Under the pieces are notes generated by a model, which saw nothing but the letters and a program-made list of their open reading frames with translations, made no database searches and had not been told where the DNA came from. Both the position numbers and the translations under genes were made by a program. Of a DNA stretch of 64,000 nt, positions 9,478 to 18,965 are shown one piece after another. The DNA is taken from assembly GCA_963719085.1 (NCBI GenBank), contig CAVRAL010000004.1, positions 128,001-192,000 on the forward strand, in the 5' to 3' direction. The DNA is from a candidate division FCPU426 bacterium. GTDB taxonomy: Bacteria > Oederibacteriota > Muellerivitia > Muellerivitales > Muellerivitaceae. Numbering within the stretch: position 1 is the first letter of the stretch; each line of letters begins with the position of its first letter.

Positions 9478-10521
9478 TCAGCTCTGGTAAGACTTTAACG
9501 CTTTTAAAACAGACTCCACCGAAATGGCGTCCATGGGATCATGGACCCGGCAAAAGCCTTTTTGACAATCCGGGCAAGTCAGTCCCTCGGGCATCAAAAC
9601 CGTGGACCGGTTTCCCCAGGGGCCCCAACGTTTGGGCGTGGTGGCCGGGATGGGGCAAAAGAGCGCCACCGTGGGCGTGCCTACCGCCGCCGCCAAATGC
9701 ATGGTGCCGGTCGATCCCGAGAGAAAAACATCCGCTCTTTGGTAAATCGCCGCCAATTGGGGCAAGGTGGACTCGCCGATGAGGAGTACCGGTTTATTGT
9801 TCTTGGCCTCGGGCCCCAAAAAACCTTGGACCCGGGCGATCAACGCCGTCTCCTCGGGCCCCGCGGTCACCACCACCCGGGTCTTTTGCGCCAGCAAACG
9901 GGTGATGAGCTGGGCGTAGCGTTCCGGGCTCCAGTTCAAGGCCGAACCCTTATGGCCCGGATGAACCGCGACAAACCGCGCCTTGAGCGGAATTCCTTTT
10001 TCCTTTAAAAGATCGTCGGCGAAAGCTCGGTTTGTTTTGGAAATTGGAAAAATAATTTTCGACGCGATCTTTTCGGGGTTTAAAACCCGGGCCAAATCCA
10101 AGTTGTAATCCGCCTCATGCCGGTCGCAAAGCGAGCGGTGGACCTTGATTCGATGGTTGAAAAGGAAGGCGTACCAGCGGAAAGCCGTGCCCACCCGCGT
10201 GGGAATCCCCGCCCACCCAGCGGCGAAGGCCAGCTTGGGCCTGGGGTAAAGCGCCAAAAAGACATCCGCCTCCATTTTTTTCAAACGGCCCGCGAGGGAG
10301 AAAAAGCCCTCCCCGGGCGCCACCAATTCCACCGCGTCGACCGCGGGATGGTTTCGGACAATTTCTTGGGCATAAGGACTGACCAAGGCCGTGATTTTAG
10401 TTTGGGGGAAAGAGCTTTTAAGGGTTTGGAAAACCGGCAAAGAAAGGATCAGGTCGCCGATTTTATCCGTCCGTGAGACCACGATATGCTTGGGAAAAGC
10501 GGGAACCGGGACGGAGGTCAT
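9478..10521 (-). CDS. Glycosyltransferase family 9 (heptosyltransferase-like)
   Basis: DKIGDLILS, VHPG...NW, STGTMHLAAA, RWGPW; C-terminal CPDC...C. Confidence 0.9.
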   Translation of the reverse strand: MTSVPVPAFPKHIVVSRTDKIGDLILSLPVFQTLKSSFPQTKITALVSPYAQEIVRNHPAVDAVELVAPGEGFFSLAGRLKKMEADVFLALYPRPKLAFAAGWAGIPTRVGTAFRWYAFLFNHRIKVHRSLCDRHEADYNLDLARVLNPEKIASKIIFPISKTNRAFADDLLKEKGIPLKARFVAVHPGHKGSALNWSPERYAQLITRLLAQKTRVVVTAGPEETALIARVQGFLGPEAKNNKPVLLIGESTLPQLAAIYQRADVFLSGSTGTMHLAAAVGTPTVALFCPIPATTPKRWGPWGNRSTVLMPEGLTCPDCQKGFCRVHDPMDAISVESVLKALKSYQS

Positions 10522-11015
10522 TTCGACGAGGGCAGGGGCCCGTATTTGTCGACGATTTCCCGGATCAGATTTTTGGACGCGTGGTCCTTCGGATCGCCGA
10601 CCACGGCCACCTTGCCGCCGTAAGAGGCCACCGTGTCTTTTTCAGGGATGGAATCGGTCGTGTAATCCGTGCCTTTGGCCTGGATATCGGGCTTGAGCTT
10701 CAGCAGCAAAGGCGTCACCGTGTCTTCCTCGAAAGCCGTGACAAAATCCACCATCTCAAAAGCGCCCAAAATGCCGAGCCGGTCTTCCAAGGGCAGCAAG
10801 GGCCGCGCTTCGCCTTTCAACCGTCGAACCGACTCATCGGAGTTAACGGCCAAAACCAGGGCGTCGCCCAGGGCCCGCGCGCCCCGCAGGTAACGCACAT
10901 GGCCCACGTGCAAAAGATCGAAACACCCGTTGGTAAAAACGACTTTTTTCCCCTGGGCCTGCAAGGCCTGAACCTTCACCGCCAACTGGGCGTGATCGAG
11001 GATGATTTCGGACAT
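10518..11015 (-). CDS. rfaE2: Heptose 1-phosphate nucleotidyltransferase-like protein, copy 2 (atypical C-terminus)
   Basis: FTNGCFDLLHVGHVRYL, VNSDESV, AKGTDY, GDPKDHAS. Confidence 0.82.
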   Translation of the reverse strand: MSEIILDHAQLAVKVQALQAQGKKVVFTNGCFDLLHVGHVRYLRGARALGDALVLAVNSDESVRRLKGEARPLLPLEDRLGILGAFEMVDFVTAFEEDTVTPLLLKLKPDIQAKGTDYTTDSIPEKDTVASYGGKVAVVGDPKDHASKNLIREIVDKYGPLPSSK

Positions 11016-11190
11016 AAGCGCCCCTCCAAAAAAATTTGAAATGGAGGGCGCTGTATCCCGGGCGTTTTGACCCCATCAAGGGGTCTGCCTGGGGTATCCG
11101 CTACTCCATAAAGAATTTGAACTAAAGAGCGGTGTATCCCAGACGTTTGGACTCCGTTAAGGAGTCCGTCTGGGATAACGCCTACTCCTA
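11016..11190. repeat. Tandem 81-bp structured repeat (two full hairpin copies plus a truncated third)
   Basis: aatttgaa recurs at 11033 and 11114; each unit folds as tatccc(gggcg/agacg)...gac(c/t)cc-loop-gg(g/a)gtc...(tgcct/cgtct)ggg(g/a)ta. Confidence 0.8.
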
Positions 11191-11207
11191 ATGGTGTAAA
11201 GCCTTCT

Positions 11208-12230
11208 TCACTTCAATTTAAAACAATCCATCCTGAGCGCCTGTTGAATCTCATCCAAATCGGTCGTTGCCGTTCCCCGCTTGGCCACCACAATTCCCGC
11301 CGCCACGGTGGCCAGGGACGCGGCCATGGTCAGGTCCGCTCCCGCCGCCAAAGCCAGGGTAGCGGTGGCCGCCACGGTATCGCCCGCGCCGGTCGGGTCC
11401 ACCGGTTGATCCAACCCATGGACAGGCAAGTGGCTGACGGGACCCTTGCGGTCAAAAAGGCTCATGCCTTGGGGACCCCGGGTAATGAGCACATGGGACC
11501 CCAGTTTTTGCCGAAGCAATTGGCCGGTCTTCAGAAGGCTGGCCTCATCCGTGATCTCTAAACCCACCGCCGGTCCAGCTTCCGAAACGTTTGGCGTGAT
11601 CAGGGTCACCCCCCGGTAATCGCCCAGGTTGAACCGGGAATCCACCGTGATGACTTTCCCCTCAAAGGCCGAAAGCAGCGACCTTCGCAAACCCTCGGTC
11701 ATAACCCCCAGTTTGTAGTCGGAAATAAGAAGCGCGTCCATTTGAGGCGCCAACGCCTGAATCCGGGCCATGAGTTTGGCCTCCGCCGAACGGGAAATTT
11801 CTTTGTCCTCGATCTTGTCGATGCGGATGACCTGCTGCTTGGCCGTGTGATGGGCGCCCGCCATGATCCGGCACTTCACCACCGTGGGGCGTTTTTTAAC
11901 CGTGAGGACGGCCGAGGTATCGACCCTTTTAGTTTTAAAATAATGAAGCAGTTTTTGTCCCTGCTCATCGTCGCCCACCACGCCCAAAGGGAAAACCTTG
12001 GCGCTCAAGTCGGCGGCGTTGTTGGCCGCGTTGGCGGCTCCCCCGGGGGTGAACTGGGTATGGTTGTAGCGGAGGATCAGGACGGGAGCTTCCCGGGAAA
12101 TGCGTTCCGTGTCCCCGTAAATGGACTCGTCCACCACCAGGTCCCCCGCCACCATCAACTTGAGTTTAGGGAATTTTTTGAGGAAAAGCGGACCCCGGCT
12201 CGAAAGATTGGAAGGAAATTCGGCTTTCAC
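11208..12230 (-). CDS. rfaE1: RfaE domain I-like heptose 7-phosphate kinase (PfkB family), copy 2
   Basis: AGDLVVD, RISREAPV, PGGAANAA, SDYKLG, VDPTGAGDTV. Confidence 0.82.
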   Translation of the reverse strand: MKAEFPSNLSSRGPLFLKKFPKLKLMVAGDLVVDESIYGDTERISREAPVLILRYNHTQFTPGGAANAANNAADLSAKVFPLGVVGDDEQGQKLLHYFKTKRVDTSAVLTVKKRPTVVKCRIMAGAHHTAKQQVIRIDKIEDKEISRSAEAKLMARIQALAPQMDALLISDYKLGVMTEGLRRSLLSAFEGKVITVDSRFNLGDYRGVTLITPNVSEAGPAVGLEITDEASLLKTGQLLRQKLGSHVLITRGPQGMSLFDRKGPVSHLPVHGLDQPVDPTGAGDTVAATATLALAAGADLTMAASLATVAAGIVVAKRGTATTDLDEIQQALRMDCFKLK

Positions 12231-12823
12231 TTAGCTCGCGCCTTTTTGGAAAGAATCGCCGTGGCGGCCTGGGCCAGGCCTTGAACCACCGGAAATTTTC
12301 CTTTTATTTTTTTAAGTTCCCGCTCACTGCGCCGGCCGTTGCCCGTTCGCACCAAATAGGCCCCCGCCAATCCGGCCCGGGACGCCAGGTGAAGGTCATC
12401 CAGCTTATCCCCCACCATATAACTTTTTTTCAAATCCACCGGGAAGGCCTTCTGGGCCTGCCGGACCATTCCCGGCTTGGGCTTCCGGCAGGGGCAAACT
12501 TTCGCGTAAGCCTTCACGGGTGCCCCGGGATAATGGGGGCAATAATAGAACCCGTCAATCCGCGCGCCTTGGGATTTTAGACGCGCCTGGAGCAGGCGAT
12601 GGACCTTTTTAACCGCCGACTCGGGAAAATAGCCCCGGGCCACGCCCGATTGGTTTGTCACGACGAATAATAAATAACCCGCCGCCCGCAGGGCGCGCAG
12701 CGCCGGCGCCGCTCCCCGATAAACCCGGACTTTGGAAGGGTCGGCCAGATAGCCCACATCCTCGATGAGGGTTCCATCCCGGTCCAGAAAAACGGCAGGC
12801 CGGGAAATTTTAGGCTTGGTCAT
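12227..12823 (-). CDS. gmhB: D-glycero-D-manno-heptose 1,7-bisphosphate phosphatase (HAD IIIA)
   Basis: FLDRDGTL, TNQSGVARG, YYCPH...CPCRKPKPG, MVGDK; start ATG 12823. Confidence 0.92.
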   Translation of the reverse strand: MTKPKISRPAVFLDRDGTLIEDVGYLADPSKVRVYRGAAPALRALRAAGYLLFVVTNQSGVARGYFPESAVKKVHRLLQARLKSQGARIDGFYYCPHYPGAPVKAYAKVCPCRKPKPGMVRQAQKAFPVDLKKSYMVGDKLDDLHLASRAGLAGAYLVRTGNGRRSERELKKIKGKFPVVQGLAQAATAILSKKARAK

Positions 12824-14612
12824 CAAGGTTCCCGGAAGGGTGGACTTTGAACTGCATCTTGTACAGTTTTGCATAGAGCCCGTTCTTTTTCAACAAAGCC
12901 CCATGTTTGCCTTCCTCGGCGACGCGCCCTTTATCGATGACGAGAATCCGGTCGGCCTTGCGGACCGTGGACAGGCGGTGCGCGATGACCAAGGTGGTTC
13001 GGTGCCCCATCAATTGGTCGAGGGCTTTTTGGACCAACTGCTCGCTTTGGGTGTCGAGCGCAGAAGTGGCCTCATCCAAAATCATCACGGGCGGATTTTT
13101 AAGGATGGCCCGCGCGATGGCCAGGCGCTGGCGCTGGCCCCCGGAAAGTTTCACGCCCCGGTCGCCGATCATCGTGTTATAGCCCTTGGGCGTGTTTTGG
13201 ATAAATTCATGCGCGTAAGCGGCTTTCGCCGCGGCCTGGACCTGCCAAAAACTGGCGCCGGGTTTTCCATAAGCGATGTTGCCCAAAATCGAGTCATGGA
13301 AAAGGATCGTTTCCTGGGTGACAATTCCAATGTGGGACCGGAGGGACGCCAGCTTGACACCGGTCAAATCCTGGCCATCCCATAAAATTTGTCCCGCAGT
13401 GGGCTCGTAAAAACGGGGAATGAGATCCACCAAGGTTGTCTTGCCCGCGCCCGAAGGCCCCACCAACGCCACCATCTCCCCCTTGGCGACCTTGAAGGAA
13501 ACCTGCCGCAAAATAGGGTGGCCCGGCAGGTAGTCGAAACTGACCCCCTTAAATTCAAGGCTCTTTTTCAAGGGGGCGATTTCAGCCGCTTGCGCCGCGT
13601 CCACCATGGGGTCTTGGGTATCCAAAATCTCGAAACAGCGGTCGGCTGAAGCCATGGCGTTTTGCAGTCCGGACCAAAGCCCGTTAAAGTTTTTCAAATT
13701 GGGGTAAAGGGTAGCCAAAAGCCCGACGAACTGGACGAAGTCGCCGGCGGTTATGTTGTGGGGCGGGAACAGCGATTGATGGGCCAACGCCACGATCAAT
13801 CCTAAAAGCGCGAATGTCCCAATCGCCTCCACAACGGGCGAGGAGGAGGCGAAGGCCCGGATGGAGCGCATGGAAACCTCAAAATAATTCTGGTTGGTTT
13901 TCCGGAACTTTTCCTTCTCAAAAGGCTCCATCCCAAAAGCCTTCACGACCCGGATCCCCGCCAAGGTTTCATGGACTTGGGCGTTCAAATCGGACAAAAT
14001 CTGTTGCCGCTCCCCGGAAGCCTTGCGGATCTTCCGGCCAAACCGGTAAATGGGAAAAAGCGCCAGGGGAAAAACCACCAGGGCCATCAAGGCCAACCGC
14101 CACTCAAAATAAATAAGCGCGCCCGCCAACCCGATGCTCGTCAGGATCGAGGACAAACCGCTCCCCACCACGTTGGGGATGGAATCTTGGAGCACTTGGA
14201 CGTCGTTCGTAATGCGGGTCGACAATCCTCCGGTTCGCTGGGAATTGAAATAGGCCATGGGCATCTTGAGGAAGTGGGTATAAAGATTGTCCCGCAGCTT
14301 GCGGATAACCTGCTGTCCGATATACCCCATTAAATAGCTTTGACCGTAACCGGCCGCTGAACGAACGATGGCCGCCAAAAGGGTCAGCGGAATGACGAAA
14401 TACACCAAATGGTCAAAGGCTTGCTGGGGATGATCGGTGACCATAAAGGCCCCGTCCACAATGGGCTTCAATTGGACGAAAACAATGGGCGTGGCGATGG
14501 CCGAAAGCACCATGCAAAGCCAGGTCAGGACCACCCGCCAGCGGTATTCCTTGGCATAGTCCAAGAGACGCATATAAGTTTTAAAGGATTTTTTAAACGC
14601 GCCGTCCGACAT
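12810..14612 (-). CDS. msbA: MsbA-like lipid A/LPS ABC exporter (fused TMD-NBD)
   Basis: TM domain, GPSGAGKTT, LSGGQRQR, ILDEATSALD, IAHRLST; lies in an LPS-core context. Confidence 0.8.
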   Translation of the reverse strand: MSDGAFKKSFKTYMRLLDYAKEYRWRVVLTWLCMVLSAIATPIVFVQLKPIVDGAFMVTDHPQQAFDHLVYFVIPLTLLAAIVRSAAGYGQSYLMGYIGQQVIRKLRDNLYTHFLKMPMAYFNSQRTGGLSTRITNDVQVLQDSIPNVVGSGLSSILTSIGLAGALIYFEWRLALMALVVFPLALFPIYRFGRKIRKASGERQQILSDLNAQVHETLAGIRVVKAFGMEPFEKEKFRKTNQNYFEVSMRSIRAFASSSPVVEAIGTFALLGLIVALAHQSLFPPHNITAGDFVQFVGLLATLYPNLKNFNGLWSGLQNAMASADRCFEILDTQDPMVDAAQAAEIAPLKKSLEFKGVSFDYLPGHPILRQVSFKVAKGEMVALVGPSGAGKTTLVDLIPRFYEPTAGQILWDGQDLTGVKLASLRSHIGIVTQETILFHDSILGNIAYGKPGASFWQVQAAAKAAYAHEFIQNTPKGYNTMIGDRGVKLSGGQRQRLAIARAILKNPPVMILDEATSALDTQSEQLVQKALDQLMGHRTTLVIAHRLSTVRKADRILVIDKGRVAEEGKHGALLKKNGLYAKLYKMQFKVHPSGNLDDQA

Positions 14613-14729
14613 GACAGGTTCCTCAGGGAATGGCTGAAAAGCGTGTCATTTTAGCAGTGAACCTGGGGAGCGGCATCCTTTTTTGACCCGGATCGGTCAA
14701 AAGGGCTTTAATCGAAGCCTTTTAATGGA

Positions 14730-15077
14730 TTAAAGCGGCGGACGAAACAAAAAAACTTCAACCCCGGCTTCCCGCAACGCTTCCCGGCCCGAGGCGGAAG
14801 GCTCTTCCAAAAGCAACCACCTAAAAACCATTTCCCGGCCTTTAAAAATATCGTCCTTTTGCGGCAAGCGGTTTAAGTGGCTCAGAAAATTCAAGAAAGA
14901 TTCCCGGATCACCTTGGATTTTTGGGCGCGGATTTGGCCCGTTAAATCCGCGTAATAAACCTGGACCTGCCGGCCTTTCCAAGTCAATAAAAATGGATTT
15001 TCCGGCCCCATCCAAATCCATTCAACGCGAAAGCCCTGTTTTTCAAAAGATTTTCGGATCACCTTTTCCCAATCCAT
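14730..15077 (-). CDS. Hypothetical protein, possibly a degenerate Mrr/PD-(D/E)XK-like fold
   Basis: 115-aa ORF preceded by GGAGG; WEKVIRKSFEKQGFRVE and GREALREAGVEVF resemble the termini of Mrr_cat domains. Confidence 0.55.
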   Translation of the reverse strand: MDWEKVIRKSFEKQGFRVEWIWMGPENPFLLTWKGRQVQVYYADLTGQIRAQKSKVIRESFLNFLSHLNRLPQKDDIFKGREMVFRWLLLEEPSASGREALREAGVEVFLFRPPL

Positions 15078-15146
15078 CGGCCCTCCAGGCTCCGCTGTTT
15101 CGCCGGCTCCAAAAGTGCCTAAATCTTAAGTCATATTATTCTATTA

Positions 15147-15164
15147 GTCAAAATTAGTTTTGAC
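15147..15164. promoter_or_regulatory. Palindromic operator candidate GTCAAAA-N4-TTTTGAC
   Basis: Perfect 7-bp inverted repeat in the divergent intergenic region next to an XRE regulator. Confidence 0.45.
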
Positions 15165-15210
15165 CATTTGTCGCTTTTTAAAGGGTGCTGATTCTGACAT
15201 ATTGGCGTCC

Positions 15211-15570
15211 ATGAAAAAGTCGGATGACATTTACGCCCAAGCGGGAGCGGCTTTAAGGCATTTGCGCAAGGAAAAGGGCTTCACCTTGGAAGAACTGTCC
15301 GAACGGGCTGAGATTTCCCTGAGTTACCTAAGCCACATCGAGCGCGGCACCCGGCAAGCGCCCCTGACCACGCTGGAAACTTTGACCCGGATCCTGGGCA
15401 TCAACCTCTACGACCTTTTCGCCCCCAAACCCTCGGCCAAATCCAAGGTCCGGGAAAGCCATTCGACTTATGACGCCAAGATCAAGGGGCTTCTGAAAAC
15501 TTTATCCGAAAGCCAAAAAAAGAACATCCACGGCCTTCTCAAAGAAATTCAAAACACCAAACTTTCTTAA
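15211..15570 (+). CDS. XRE-family (HTH_3) transcriptional regulator
   Basis: LRHLRKEKGFTLEELSERAEISLSYLSHIERG; ATG 15211. Confidence 0.9.
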   Translation: MKKSDDIYAQAGAALRHLRKEKGFTLEELSERAEISLSYLSHIERGTRQAPLTTLETLTRILGINLYDLFAPKPSAKSKVRESHSTYDAKIKGLLKTLSESQKKNIHGLLKEIQNTKLS

Positions 15571-15575
15571 GAACC

Positions 15576-15629
15576 AACCCGAAATAAAAAAAGGCCCGGC
15601 GTTTGCCGGGCCTTTTTTTATTTCGGGTT
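15576..15629. terminator. Bidirectional intrinsic terminator
   Basis: 25-bp perfect inverted repeat aacccgaaataaaaaaaggcccggc-gttt-gccgggcctttttttatttcgggtt between convergent genes. Confidence 0.9.
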
Positions 15630-15643
15630 AAGCCGTTTGGGTT

Positions 15644-16756
15644 TTAACGCTTATCGATCGGCACGTAATGCTGATCCCGCGCCCCGATATACTCGGCCCG
15701 GGGACGGATCAGGCGGTTGTGGGCCAACTGCTCCATCACATGGGCCGTCCAGCCCGTGATGCGGCTGCAGGCGAAGATCGGGGTGAAAAGATCGGTGGGG
15801 ATCCCCAAATAGTGATAAGTGGAAGCGGAGTAAAAATCCACATTGGGCAAGAGACCCTTTTCTTTTCGGACCACTTGGTCGATCACTCGGGACATTTCAT
15901 ACCATTTTAAATCACCCTTGAGTTTGCCCATTTCCTCGGACAAGCGCATCAAATGACGGGCCCGGGGATCGCCGTTTTTATAGACCCGGTGGCCGAATCC
16001 CATGATCCGGTCTTTGCGGGCCAAGGCATCCCGGATAAAGGCCTCCGACTTGCTGCTGTCCCCCACCTTTTCCAGCATGATCATCACCTGCTCATTGGCG
16101 CCGCCATGCAGCGGGCCCTTGAGGGTGCCGATGGCGGAAGTGACGGCCGAGTGCATGTCGCTCAAGGTGCCCGCGGTCACCCGGGCGGAAAAAGTGGAAG
16201 CGTTTAATTCATGGTCGGCGTGCAGGATCAGGCAAACGTCGAAGGCCTTCACGGAGACGTCATCCGGTTCTTTTCCCGTGAGCATATAAAGAAAATTCCA
16301 AGAGAGCGTTTTTCCGGGTTTGGGTTCCAAGGGTTCCAGGCCCTTGCGCATCCGGTCAAAGGCCGCCACCAGGGTCGACATTTGGCCCGTAAGACGGATG
16401 GCTTTTCTCAAATTGGCCTCGGCGGAATTATCCAAGTCGTCCGGGTCAAAAAAGGATAGGGCGGAAACCGCCGTGCGCAGCCATTCCATCGGGGGGGCTT
16501 TGAGGGGAAACTGCTTCAAGAGGGGGAACAAGGCCGCGGGCAATTTTCCCTCGGCGGCCACTTGGGCGTTCAGTTGGTCAAGTTGGGCCTGTTTGGGCAA
16601 ATAACCGTAAAAAAGAAGATAGGTGACCTCGCCGAAATTGGCCTTTTCAGCCAGCTCGTCGATATTGATGCCCCGGTAAGCCAAGACATCGTTTTCGATG
16701 GAGCAAATGGATGTACTAGTCGCGACAATTCCCTCTAAACCCGCGTCGGCCGTCAT
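15644..16756 (-). CDS. gltA: Citrate synthase (short, CitZ/PrpC-like type)
   Basis: GLEGIVA, HADHELNASTF, GPLHGGANE, MGFGHRVYK.GDPR, PNVDFYS, IRPRAEY. Confidence 0.92.
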   Translation of the reverse strand: MTADAGLEGIVATSTSICSIENDVLAYRGINIDELAEKANFGEVTYLLFYGYLPKQAQLDQLNAQVAAEGKLPAALFPLLKQFPLKAPPMEWLRTAVSALSFFDPDDLDNSAEANLRKAIRLTGQMSTLVAAFDRMRKGLEPLEPKPGKTLSWNFLYMLTGKEPDDVSVKAFDVCLILHADHELNASTFSARVTAGTLSDMHSAVTSAIGTLKGPLHGGANEQVMIMLEKVGDSSKSEAFIRDALARKDRIMGFGHRVYKNGDPRARHLMRLSEEMGKLKGDLKWYEMSRVIDQVVRKEKGLLPNVDFYSASTYHYLGIPTDLFTPIFACSRITGWTAHVMEQLAHNRLIRPRAEYIGARDQHYVPIDKR

Positions 16757-16816
16757 AGCAAACCCCTTTTTTTTGGAATCCACCGAAAAAATCAAACTTC
16801 AAATCCAGCCACGCCT

Positions 16817-17884
16817 TTACTGCCGGGCTAAGGTCACCGGAATCTTAATGATCGGCTGCTCGGCGTCGTTGGTGACGATATCCAGCTCATCTTCCCCATC
16901 GCTGTTGGCCGGCAGGTTTTGCAGACAATAGACCTCAATCGAGTAGCTGTCCGTTCCGTCCGGCGACGTCGTCTTCTTCACATCCGGGCGGATCAGATGC
17001 TTGAGGCTGCTGACACTGCGGATGGCGAACCCTTGGGGTGAAGCCACCGTAAACTGGATATAAGTGGGCTGTAACTGTTTGGCGCCGAAATAAACCGTTT
17101 TGGGGCTGTATTGCACCCGGCCGACCACTTCGCCTTGCACGGGAATCTCGATGCTCGGTTTTTTAAGATCGTCGGTCTTGACCTCGATATTATCGGAAAA
17201 TTCCCCGATGGGCAGGGTCACCGGCGCCGTGATTTCCAAATCCGCCCCGTAACGATGGGCGGCCTGATCGACGTAAGGCGTAAACACCACGGTCACCTTG
17301 CCCGAGGACGACTGGGCCGAAAGGATGTGCAACAGCCTGTGGGGTTTTCCCAAAATCTTCACCGAATTGGTTTGGGCGGTCTCATGCTTGAGGCCGTAAA
17401 AATAAGAGCGCTCGGGTTGGACATCCACTTCCCGCACCACCGTCATGTCCAGCTGCATTTGGAAGCTGGGATTCACCGGATCGTTGCTGGTAATCGTGAT
17501 GATCTTGGTGGCGTGGCCGGGGCGGCCCTGGGTGTGGTAGGTGGCTTTGATCGTGCCGATGCCGCCGGGCGGCACTTGTTTTTTATCCTCAACGGCGGCC
17601 GTGCAGCCGCAGGAAGTGTGCACGTCGGAAATCACCAAGGTCGACTTGCCGACATTTCGGAAATGAAACTCATGGATGATGTCCGGACCCTCGTCAACGT
17701 TGTGAAAATCAAACTTGGGATGGGCGCAATAAATTTTGGGCCCCGCCGCTGGATTGGGCGCGGCCGTGGACACCGGCGTGACAGCCGACGACGTGGACGC
17801 CAGTAACGCCCCGGAAGGCGGAACTTGGGCCCCCAGGGCCATCGGAAATAGGAATAGGGCCGCCAACCACTTGAACCGTTTCAT
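16817..17884 (-). CDS. Secreted DUF1573-containing Ig-like repeat protein
   Basis: Signal peptide, S/T/P-rich linker, HEFHFRNVG...VHTSCGCT motif followed by further beta-rich domains. Confidence 0.8.
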   Translation of the reverse strand: MKRFKWLAALFLFPMALGAQVPPSGALLASTSSAVTPVSTAAPNPAAGPKIYCAHPKFDFHNVDEGPDIIHEFHFRNVGKSTLVISDVHTSCGCTAAVEDKKQVPPGGIGTIKATYHTQGRPGHATKIITITSNDPVNPSFQMQLDMTVVREVDVQPERSYFYGLKHETAQTNSVKILGKPHRLLHILSAQSSSGKVTVVFTPYVDQAAHRYGADLEITAPVTLPIGEFSDNIEVKTDDLKKPSIEIPVQGEVVGRVQYSPKTVYFGAKQLQPTYIQFTVASPQGFAIRSVSSLKHLIRPDVKKTTSPDGTDSYSIEVYCLQNLPANSDGEDELDIVTNDAEQPIIKIPVTLARQ

Positions 17885-17971
17885 AAAAACCTCGCCTTTG
17901 AATATTTTCACTGAATGAGGGAAGAAAACCGGAATAAGCCGGAGTTTACCATATTCCCATTTTGGGATGCA

Positions 17972-18895
17972 TCAAAAAACTCCCCAGAAAACCCCGAAAC
18001 CCAGCGCCGCCCAGGCCGCGCGGCCATGCCAACTGGGATCCAACAAATCCCGCCGAAGGGATTCAAACCCGAACCCGGCTGCCCAAACCCAAATCCAACT
18101 AATCCCCCCGATTTCGGCGGTCCGGCCCAGGAAAGATTGGTTCAAAACCAAATAGCCCAGGGTTAAAAGCCCCACGCTCCCTAAAGCCGACCGATGGGTT
18201 CCCTTCCGGGGGAAAGCCGCCCAACCCAGAAAAATGAACAGTCCGAAGACCAGGTATTTTTTTTCCACGAACCACTCGTAAAAATCCAACCCATTCCATT
18301 GAACCTGGGTCCAGGCCCGGGTCGCCCCCAGCAGGAGGATGAAAACGACCGCCCCGCCCCACCGGGCCCAAACCACATTTTTAAAAAGTCCGGGCCGCGC
18401 CCGCAAAAATACCAGGCCTAAAAAAAGCGTCTGGGGCCAAACCAGGACCAAACCAATCCAGCCCGGAACGAGGCCCGGCAAAAGTTTTTTTCCGTCACTC
18501 TTCCATCCCATCCAAAAAACCAATCCCAGGAATAATACGATCGAAAACCAGTCCCGCAAGGGCGCTTCCACGCATAGACGCCACTCGGCATGGGAAAGGG
18601 CCAGCCAGGCCAGGGGAAAAAGGGACAGGGTGGAAAAAGCCTTGGGCCATAAACCTCGCGCCAGTGAAAAATAAGCCGCCGCGGCCAGGCCCAGCAAGGC
18701 CAAACCCTTGGCCCAAGCTTCCAGGGCATCGGACAAACTGAAAGCCACCGGCGCTTGGCGCCAAAACAGAAAAGTCCAAAGGCCCGACGCCAATAACAAA
18801 TAGAGCCATGAATAGGGAAGGCGGTTTTCGCGGAGCGGTCGACGGCGGGCCGAAGAGGTCATGGCCGATTTTAACAAGGCCCCTGTCGTTTCCAA
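17972..18895 (-). CDS. Hypothetical polytopic membrane protein
   Basis: About 9 hydrophobic, Trp-rich segments; start uncertain. Confidence 0.55.
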   Translation of the reverse strand: METTGALLKSAMTSSARRRPLRENRLPYSWLYLLLASGLWTFLFWRQAPVAFSLSDALEAWAKGLALLGLAAAAYFSLARGLWPKAFSTLSLFPLAWLALSHAEWRLCVEAPLRDWFSIVLFLGLVFWMGWKSDGKKLLPGLVPGWIGLVLVWPQTLFLGLVFLRARPGLFKNVVWARWGGAVVFILLLGATRAWTQVQWNGLDFYEWFVEKKYLVFGLFIFLGWAAFPRKGTHRSALGSVGLLTLGYLVLNQSFLGRTAEIGGISWIWVWAAGFGFESLRRDLLDPSWHGRAAWAALGFGVFWGVF

Positions 18896-18965
18896 AGCCT
18901 AAACCCAAAGGACTTGAACCCTTTTTATTTTGATTTTGCCGTGATTCAACGGGTAAGATACCCGC

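Noticed and set aside
11033..11190. Mini CRISPR array or tRNA pair
   Set aside because: The units are diverged along their whole length with no repeat/spacer alternation, no cas genes are present, and there is no cloverleaf or T-loop motif.
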